Part shown: piece after piece, positions 6,370 to 12,051 of the stretch
Layout of the letters: the number at the start of each line of letters is the position of its first letter
How positions within the stretch are numbered: the stretch's first letter is position 1
NCBI GenBank assembly: GCA_046536775.1
Contig: JAWDMD010000014.1
Location: forward strand, 1 to 12,051
Direction: 5' to 3'
DNA from: Candidatus Nanopusillus sp.
GTDB lineage: Archaea; Nanobdellota; Nanobdellia; Nanobdellales; Nanobdellaceae
Length of the DNA: 12,051 bases
Translations under genes and position numbers: made by a program
Notes under the pieces: model-generated
Databases searched by the model: none
Seen by the model: the letters and a program-made list of their open reading frames with translations, nothing else
Told to the model about the DNA's origin: nothing

Positions 6370-7041
6370 TTAGTTTTTAATTTCTTTTTCTTCAATTAAA
6401 ATTCCATCTAATGTATATACTTCATATTTTTCTATTCTCTTTGTAATCGGACCATGAAATTCTCCAACATCCCATGATCCCGCCAAATCGGAAAATGCTG
6501 GTAAGATTATAATTACTTTATTATCTTTATATCCAAATATAAAAACTTTTTCATATATACTTTCTCCAATACTTGTAGAAATGCTTTTTGCAAAATGATG
6601 ATGTCCAACAACATAATATTTCCCCTTTAATTTTGTATTTAAATGTCCATGAGTAAATACAACATTTTTTATTTTAAGTGCTTTTAAAATTTTAACATTA
6701 TTTATCCCAGAAACCAATTCCTCAATGTCCCCATCATGATTTCCCTTTATTATATATATTTTCTTGAAGTATTGAGAACTTTCATTTATAAAATATGGAA
6801 TATCTGACATTTCTTGTAAACTTGTTTCAGGTATATTATGTTTTAAATCTCCATCAATGATTAAGTACTTTATTTTATATTTTTCATAAATTTTCCTTAT
6901 TTTATTTATATAATAATTTACTTGAGAAGGAATATTTATTCCCTTCCTATATAATTCCCTTTCGATTCCTATATGCAGATCAGAAATAACTAAAATTTTA
7001 TTAAAAAATATTAAACCCTCAGTTCCAGTAAATTTAAGCAT
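6370..7041 (-). CDS. Calcineurin-like metallophosphoesterase, MPE/PdeM-like (SbcD/Mre11-related small phosphoesterase)
   Basis: Complete metallophosphoesterase motif set: ISDLHIG, IDGDLKHN, IKGNHD, FTHGH, VVGHHH. The DLHIG-x-ERELYRKGINIP stretch after motif I resembles the DLHLGK...G..vP pattern of the ligase-associated PdeM/MPE family as I recall it. The start overlaps the L35Ae stop by 8 nt (ATGCTTAA). Confidence 0.85.
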   Translation of the reverse strand: MLKFTGTEGLIFFNKILVISDLHIGIERELYRKGINIPSQVNYYINKIRKIYEKYKIKYLIIDGDLKHNIPETSLQEMSDIPYFINESSQYFKKIYIIKGNHDGDIEELVSGINNVKILKALKIKNVVFTHGHLNTKLKGKYYVVGHHHFAKSISTSIGESIYEKVFIFGYKDNKVIIILPAFSDLAGSWDVGEFHGPITKRIEKYEVYTLDGILIEEKEIKN

Positions 7042-7378
7042 TAATTAAAATACTCTTTATTTGATTTATGTATTTTGCATTTTTTATTTTTTCCCTTATT
7101 TCATTTATTTTATCTATATTATCAATTAATAAAACAATATCTCCTAAAGCTTGTCCAGGTATTCCTTTATTAAATCTAGCCCTTAAATTACCTTTACTCC
7201 CATGTATATCAACAATCTTTCCAATAAAAATTTTCTTTCCTGGACTTACCCAAATTACATGCCTTCCAATATATTTACTTGCCTCATACTTATTATTTAT
7301 ATTTTCAAATTTTACTATTACCTGATTTGGATATATATGGTGCCTACCCATCCTATAATTTAATATTATTCCTCTCAT
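7034..7378 (-). CDS. rpl35ae: 50S ribosomal protein L35Ae with a ~27-aa C-terminal extension
   Basis: ILNYRMG...NQVIVKF...EASKYIGRHVIW...GKIVDIHGSKGNLRARFNKGIPGQALGDIV closely follows archaeal L35Ae, for example the Pyrococcus [22 protein letters not shown] block as recalled. Confidence 0.92.
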   Translation of the reverse strand: MRGIILNYRMGRHHIYPNQVIVKFENINNKYEASKYIGRHVIWVSPGKKIFIGKIVDIHGSKGNLRARFNKGIPGQALGDIVLLIDNIDKINEIREKIKNAKYINQIKSILINA

Positions 7379-7380
7379 CT

Positions 7381-9111
7381 CTATTTTGATATATAATAAT
7401 CTTTAAATATTTTATTTAGTAAACCAATAACATTATTATCTAGATAACTTAAACCATCTTTACTGAGATCTTTAATCATTTCTTCTCCATATTTTGGATC
7501 ATTAAATGTACCAATCTTATTCCCATTATAATCATATACTTCAATTTCATTTTCTGTTGCTATATATAATTTGGATTTTGACAAATATATATCATAATTT
7601 TTATTTTTTTCTTTATCGATTATAGAATACTTAAATCTTAATAATATTTCTTCCCTCTTATTTTCAATTAAATTTCTTATATTCCTAATATGATATAACA
7701 AAGATTCCTTTAATTTTTCCAATTCAATTATATCATACTTCTTTTCTTTATAATTCTTAATATCATTTTCCAAATTTTCTAATCCACTATATTCTATTGG
7801 CATTTTTTCTTTTACATAATTATTATATTCAACATTAAATAAATCTTGGAATTTTGTTTTTAATTCCTCATAAATTAATATATAATTATCCATAATCTTC
7901 TTTTCATTTTCTTTATCGATAATTTGCTTTATATTTTTCATTTCGGATATAAATTTCTCGGCTTTTTCAAATACATTCATTAAATCTTCATATTTATATT
8001 CATTCACCTTACCATGTTCAAAATCTTTCCTCATTTTCCATACTTCAGATAATATATTTACATATTCAATATTTAATATTCCTCTATCTACAAATAATTT
8101 TTTTAACATATCGGGAGTTTGTTTTGGATCTCCTGGTAATAAACCAGAATCCATTATTACTGCTTGAGCAGAAGTAACCATTGCAACTGCCAAATCTTCA
8201 ATTATCAAATTATTTATTATGTTTTTCAATTTATTTCTAGCATCTTTCAATGCATTTTCTGCAGCAATTATATATTTATTAGCAGCTTCTTGTGATGGTT
8301 TTAGAATTCCTTTCAATAATAATTGCTTCCATGAAATAAACATTCCCCTATCATATAATGGTATACCATCTCTTAAGAATGTAATTATTACCGGATTTGA
8401 TTCTGACATTGCTAACCAGAATTCTGTTAAAGTATAAACTTGTGGATGTAATTCTTTATTAGAGTTCACTAATATTTTTGCCTCCATTGCCTTATTTATT
8501 ATTAAATCCATCAATTTTATTTTTAATTCCTCAAATGTATGTTGTTTAACATCGGTATCATCAATTACAACATATATATCTACATCAGAAGATTCAACAC
8601 TACTCCCTTTTACTTGAGAACCTGCTAAAACATATGCAACAACATATCTTTGTAATATATCAATTATTAGTTTTTTATGAACACTTGTTAACCTAAATAT
8701 TTCAAATATTCCTTTATCATATATTATATTACCAACAGACAATAAATCCAATAATTCAAATCTTGAGTCCATTGCAATATTTTTTATGTCTTCAATCAAT
8801 AAAACATCTAACCATATATCCAACTTTTCATTTTTTATTTTCTGAAGATATTTTTCTAAAAATGATGCCTTTAATTTTATTTTTTCTTCTGGACTTAAAT
8901 CAAAATCTGATAAAATTATTATCCAATGCTTATAAACTTCTATCTCTCTTTTATATTTTTCAAACAAGTCATCACTTACCATTATGGAACCATAATAAAT
9001 TAATTCCTTCAATAGATTGTTTATATTCTCATTCTTTTCTTTAAATTCCATTATTCCAATTACTCTATCTTTATACTCACTATTTAATATATCGTCCTTA
9101 AGATCTACCAT
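7381..9111 (-). CDS. Pol-beta-superfamily nucleotidyltransferase fused to a HEPN domain, with an N-terminal degenerate NTase-like repeat and a ~170-aa C-terminal extension
   Basis: NTase signature LAGSQVKGSSVESSDVDIYVVIDD (GS...DxD). The downstream helical domain carries an R-x4-H motif, MRKDFEHG (R361-H366, 8014-8031), followed by EDLMNVFEKAEKFISEM, the typical HEPN layout. Residues ~60-160 (IIILSDFDL...LLDLLSVGNIIYDKG) parallel residues ~175-260 (DIYVVIDDTD...IITFLRDGIPLYDRG). The stop is 2 nt before the L35Ae start. Confidence 0.8.
   Translation of the reverse strand: MVDLKDDILNSEYKDRVIGIMEFKEKNENINNLLKELIYYGSIMVSDDLFEKYKREIEVYKHWIIILSDFDLSPEEKIKLKASFLEKYLQKIKNEKLDIWLDVLLIEDIKNIAMDSRFELLDLLSVGNIIYDKGIFEIFRLTSVHKKLIIDILQRYVVAYVLAGSQVKGSSVESSDVDIYVVIDDTDVKQHTFEELKIKLMDLIINKAMEAKILVNSNKELHPQVYTLTEFWLAMSESNPVIITFLRDGIPLYDRGMFISWKQLLLKGILKPSQEAANKYIIAAENALKDARNKLKNIINNLIIEDLAVAMVTSAQAVIMDSGLLPGDPKQTPDMLKKLFVDRGILNIEYVNILSEVWKMRKDFEHGKVNEYKYEDLMNVFEKAEKFISEMKNIKQIIDKENEKKIMDNYILIYEELKTKFQDLFNVEYNNYVKEKMPIEYSGLENLENDIKNYKEKKYDIIELEKLKESLLYHIRNIRNLIENKREEILLRFKYSIIDKEKNKNYDIYLSKSKLYIATENEIEVYDYNGNKIGTFNDPKYGEEMIKDLSKDGLSYLDNNVIGLLNKIFKDYYISK
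8240..8266 (-). repeat. 27-nt exact repeat (copy 2, inverted), encoding AAENALKDA (residues 283-291 of the NTase-HEPN protein)
   Basis: The reverse complement equals 3825-3851. Confidence 0.95.
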
Positions 9112-9135
9112 AAAATAATTTTTTGAAATATTTAT

Positions 9136-9660
9136 TTATATTCTTTTTTCAAACCACTGATTTAGCGATTTATAATCTATGTCTTTTTTAATTTCTTCCT
9201 TTTCTTCGGTTTCTTCCTTTTTTTCAGAATTTAAATAATTTTGACTTATTTTTATTAATTCTGTAGTTATATAGTTCTTTAATTCTTCTAAAAAAGACGG
9301 ATCTTCTCTAAATCTATTGAAATATATCTTAATATTATCATCTTTAAACCTTGGTATAACTTGAATAATAATGTGTTTATGTTTTTGACCAGTTTCTCCA
9401 GAAGATAACAAAATATTTAATCCATCAAATTTCAATTTATTTTTTAATATTATTGATATATATTTTGAAATCGTAAACATTTTCTGATTTATTTCATCAC
9501 TTAAACTTGTATAATCTTCTATATGTAATTTTGGAAAAATTAAAAAAGATCCTTTTGAAGGAGGCAAAATATCTAATACACACATTATATCATTATCTTC
9601 ATATAAAATATAAGATGGTAATGTTTTATTTGCAATTCTACAATATATACAATCATCCAT
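9136..9660 (-). CDS. HIT-superfamily protein with a degenerate histidine triad and an acidic/lysine-rich C-terminal tail
   Basis: N-terminal C-x-x-C (CIYCRI), then YEDNDIMCVLDI.P.SKGSFLIFPKLH, and GQKHKHIIIQVIPRF. This aligns without gaps to GQEVNHVHFHIIPRY of a Methanocaldococcus HIT protein as I recall it. Confidence 0.85.
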   Translation of the reverse strand: MDDCIYCRIANKTLPSYILYEDNDIMCVLDILPPSKGSFLIFPKLHIEDYTSLSDEINQKMFTISKYISIILKNKLKFDGLNILLSSGETGQKHKHIIIQVIPRFKDDNIKIYFNRFREDPSFLEELKNYITTELIKISQNYLNSEKKEETEEKEEIKKDIDYKSLNQWFEKRI

Positions 9661-9696
9661 AGAAAATTATTAAATCTTGATAGTTATTAATCTTTT

Positions 9697-10677
9697 ATGA
9701 CAAATTACCTAATAATTATCATATCAACCCTAATACCTTTACTTATATATGCTTTTCTAATATACTTATCTGAAAACATTATATTAAAGTACATTGGAAA
9801 ATATTCAAAATACTACTCTTCATGGCCAGAACATTATTTATTAATATATACAGCAGGAATAGCCTCCGCTTTGCAATCTTTTTTACCAGGTCTAGTAGTA
9901 GCATTAAATGGAGACCCAAAGCTAGGATATTATTTTCAATTATATAATGTAGTATTAGATTATACAATTACTTTAGGTACTTTTATATTAGCATTTAATT
10001 TTGAAAAGGGAATGATTGATAGCAATGTACTTTCCTTAATTATGATTTCAATAATAGCACAGGTTTTTGTATTAATATTTAAACAAATAAATTTCTTTTC
10101 TGGATCTATTTTATACATCATATTTATTGCGATTTCTATATTTTTATTATATAAATATAGAAGAAAAAGTGAAAAGAGTATATATATACCAAAAAGTTCA
10201 TTTTATGAATATTTTAAGGCAATGGTTTTTTCTTTAGAAATTGCTCTAGCAATATCAATAATATATATTGGTGGAAATATATTAAATAATATTTCAAATA
10301 CTTTACAAGGATTAAATCTATCTATACCATTAATTGGTTATGCAATATCCTTAATTTTATTTACATTACCAGATATAGTATATGGTCATTTTTCTTGGTT
10401 TAAAAAGAAGGATCTTAATATTAGTATGGCATCAATATCTGGAGAAGAGATATCAGAATTTACAATATTTACAGGAATTCTTGGAATGATATCTCCCATA
10501 AAATTTTCTAGCCAAGATGTTATACCAATTATTTCGTCATTTTTAGTTTTATTAATTTCTATTGTAATATTATACATATCCTCATATAAAAAAAGAATAC
10601 CAAAATGGGTCGGAATTTTATTGATTTCTTTAGGTATTATAATTGGATTTGTAGATGGTGTAGCAAATCTATCATAA
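9697..10677 (+). CDS. Polytopic integral membrane protein (~9-10 TM), possibly a divergent CaCA (Na+/Ca2+ exchanger-like) family member
   Basis: Almost continuously hydrophobic 326-aa ORF. Two spaced motifs, SSWPEHYLLIYTAGIAS and FTLPDIVYG, loosely resemble the paired GTSxPE alpha-repeats of cation/Ca2+ exchangers. The family call is weak. Confidence 0.7.
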   Translation: MTNYLIIIISTLIPLLIYAFLIYLSENIILKYIGKYSKYYSSWPEHYLLIYTAGIASALQSFLPGLVVALNGDPKLGYYFQLYNVVLDYTITLGTFILAFNFEKGMIDSNVLSLIMISIIAQVFVLIFKQINFFSGSILYIIFIAISIFLLYKYRRKSEKSIYIPKSSFYEYFKAMVFSLEIALAISIIYIGGNILNNISNTLQGLNLSIPLIGYAISLILFTLPDIVYGHFSWFKKKDLNISMASISGEEISEFTIFTGILGMISPIKFSSQDVIPIISSFLVLLISIVILYISSYKKRIPKWVGILLISLGIIIGFVDGVANLS

Positions 10678-10709
10678 TTTAAAAATATTATTATCATTTA
10701 TTATTTTGA

Positions 10710-10826
10710 ATGAGGAGAAGTTCAAGGAGATGGAAAAAATACCTAAGATCTAGATGGAAATGGCAGAGGAGAAGAATTAGAGAGGAAAAAAGACTAAGAA
10801 AAATAGCTAGAATGAGAGCTTTATAA
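10710..10826 (+). CDS. rpl41e: 50S ribosomal protein L41e (38 aa), below the ORF-track length cutoff
   Basis: Translation is MRRSSRRWKKYLRSRWKWQRRRIREEKRLRKIARMRAL*. This is an extremely Arg/Lys/Trp-rich micro-protein with the RSSRRWKK...RWKW...R pattern of archaeal L41e. TATA-like tttaaaaatatt sits ~25-30 nt upstream. Confidence 0.85.
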   Translation: MRRSSRRWKKYLRSRWKWQRRRIREEKRLRKIARMRAL

Positions 10827-10829
10827 ATA
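10820..10829 (+). promoter_or_regulatory. Candidate TATA box (tttataaata) for the 16S rRNA transcription unit
   Basis: Consensus-like archaeal TATA element, ~165 nt before the mature 16S 5' end and overlapping the L41e stop. A/T-rich boxes are frequent by chance in this genome, and tttttaaaatatt at 10836-10848 is an alternative. Confidence 0.25.
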
Positions 10830-10871
10830 TTAAGATTTTTAAAATATTATGGTAATATTGTGTTAGTATAG

Positions 10872-10904
10872 CTATGTACATCATATATCATATGATGTAC
10901 ATAG
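10872..10904. repeat. Perfect 33-nt palindrome (15-bp arms, 3-nt centre) ctatgtacatcatat-atc-atatgatgtacatag
   Basis: The arms are exact reverse complements. Each arm contains the self-complementary octamer atgtacat. A further palindromic acatatgt lies at 10906-10913. Confidence 0.95.
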
Positions 10905-10925
10905 AACATATGTAGAGGATATCTG

Positions 10926-10994
10926 AAAGGGGATAACTGTAGCGGAATCTGCGGTCGTACTTTTCGGGCTAGGCCTGCGGCGGAAATCCGCCGA
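10926..10994 (+). other. GC-rich 5' flank of 16S (probable pre-rRNA leader / 5' half of the processing stem)
   Basis: Composition switches abruptly from AT-rich to GC-rich ~70 nt before the mature 5' end. A small hairpin, cggcgg-aaat-ccgccg, lies at 10978-10993. The 3' partner of any processing stem lies outside the window. Confidence 0.5.
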
Positions 10995-12051
10995 ATTCCC
11001 GTTGATCCTGCGGGGGGCCATCACTATCTCCCTCCGACTAACCCATGGGAGGCTAGGGATACCGGGCATGGTATCCCGTCGTACGGCTGAGTAACACGTC
11101 GATAACTCTGCCTCGGGAGGAGAATATCCTCGGGAAACTGAGGATAATTCTCCATAGGAAATGGGGTGTGAAATTCCCCCATTTCCGAAAAGGACTGGGA
11201 TAATCCCTCTCAGTTCCGCCCGAGAGGAGGTCGGCGGCCTATCAGGTAGTTGGCGGGGTAATGGCCCGCCAAGCCTAAGACGGGTAGGGGCCGTGAGAGC
11301 GGAAGCCCCCAGATCGGCACTGAGACAAGGGCCGAGGTCCTACGGGATGCACCAGGGGCGAAACCTCCGCAATGGGTGAAAGCCTGACGGGGGGAGGGAG
11401 AGTGCCTGGAGTTTTCTCCAGGCTTTTGAGGAGTGTAAAAAGCTCCCAGAATAAGCAGTGGGCCAGAGGGGTGGCAGTCGCCACGGGAATACCCCCGCTG
11501 CAAGCGATGGCCTCGATTACTGGGCCTAAAGGGGCCGTAGCCGGACTAGTGTGACTCCTGTGAAATCCACGGTAATAATTCCGTGGGCGTGCAGGGGTTA
11601 CTACTAGTCTAGAGGACGGAAGAAGCCAAGGGTATTCCCGGGGGAGTAGCGAAATGCAGCAATCCCGAGAAGACCACCCGAGGCGAAAGCGCTTGGCTAT
11701 TCCGATCCTGACGGTGATGGCCGAAAGCTGGGGGATCAAAAGGGATTAGAGACCCCTGTAGTCCCAGCTATCAACGCTGTGAGCTACCTGCTGGGTGGAC
11801 TTAGAGTCCACTTAGTGGGATAGGGAAGCCGTTAAGCTCACCGCCTGGGGAGTACGGCCGCAAGGCTGAAACTTAAAGGAATAGGCGGGGGGGCACACAA
11901 GGGGTGGGGTGTGCGGTTTAATGGGACCTAACACCGGAAACCTTACCGGGAGCGACAGCAGGATGATGGTCAGGCTGAAGACCTTACCGGACACGCTGAG
12001 AGGAGGTGCATGGCTGCCGTCAGCTCGTGCCGTGAGGTATCCTGTTAAGTC
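10995..12051 (+). rRNA. 16S (SSU) ribosomal RNA, archaeal, 5' ~1057 nt; 3' end beyond the window
   Basis: Starts with attcccgttgatcctgcgg. Contains ctacggg...gcaatggg, the 530-loop region, gggcctaaag, ggattagagacccctgtagtcc, aaacttaaaggaataggcggggg, and gtgcatggctgccgtcagctcgtgccgtgagg in the expected order and spacing. All track ORFs here are artefacts. Confidence 0.97.

Noticed and set aside
10890-10925. Possible C/D-box sRNA (tgatgt ... ctga) upstream of the 16S.
   Set aside because: The C-box is imperfect (UGAUGU), there are no C'/D' boxes, the spacing is only ~30 nt, and the region is better explained by the palindrome.
10926-10994. GC-rich island as a tRNA or split-tRNA half, which is known in Nanoarchaeota.
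   Set aside because: No acceptor/T-arm geometry is present. The only hairpin has a 4-nt loop rather than a 7-nt T-loop. The island is contiguous with the 16S 5' end, so it is most simply the pre-rRNA leader.
10881-11994. Six GC-rich track ORFs (10881-11069, 11161-11379, 11210-11503, 11275-11739, 11372-11554, 11812-11994).
   Set aside because: They fall within the 16S rRNA gene or its leader. Open frames there are a by-product of the scarcity of stop codons in GC-rich RNA.
1-12051. CRISPR arrays, transposases/IS elements, integrases and tRNA genes.
   Set aside because: I saw no regularly spaced direct repeats, terminal inverted repeats, recombinase motifs or cloverleaf-capable GC-rich islands anywhere in the window.

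Overview
This is a compact, very AT-rich archaeal segment (coding DNA roughly a quarter G+C by eye). A sharply GC-rich 16S rRNA gene runs off the right edge. The 16S carries changes at normally universal sites, which together with the GC contrast fits a thermophilic Nanoarchaeota/DPANN-type genome; that assignment is an inference, not a database hit. All family calls come from motifs read by eye, because no searches could be run.

Gene order, left to right:
- rrp4 (partial) and rrp41, exosome subunits
- a 441-aa membrane/coiled-coil protein
- a 526-nt non-coding mosaic
- a 439-aa membrane/coiled-coil protein with the same architecture
- a convergent Lhr-type helicase reduced to its core (minus strand)
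- a coiled-coil hypothetical protein
- a tight minus-strand cluster: HIT protein > 576-aa nucleotidyltransferase-HEPN fusion > ribosomal protein L35Ae > MPE/PdeM-like metallophosphoesterase
- a polytopic membrane protein
- a 38-codon L41e gene that is missing from the ORF track
- the 5' two-thirds of 16S rRNA

Most notable observations:
1. The mosaic at 2646-3171 holds an exact 40-nt copy of the helicase gene interior, followed 9 nt later by an in-frame copy of the last ~38 codons of rrp41. That order is what a tandem-duplication or Campbell-type integration joint would produce. It brackets two membrane-protein genes that share topology and a few N-terminal motifs but have otherwise diverged almost beyond recognition.
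2. An exact 27-nt inverted repeat encodes AAENALKDA in both the second membrane protein and the HEPN part of the nucleotidyltransferase protein. It lies within a collinear ~60-aa similarity.
3. The HIT protein has a degenerate histidine triad.
4. A perfect 33-nt palindrome lies upstream of the 16S.
5. rrp42 is absent from its canonical position after rrp41.
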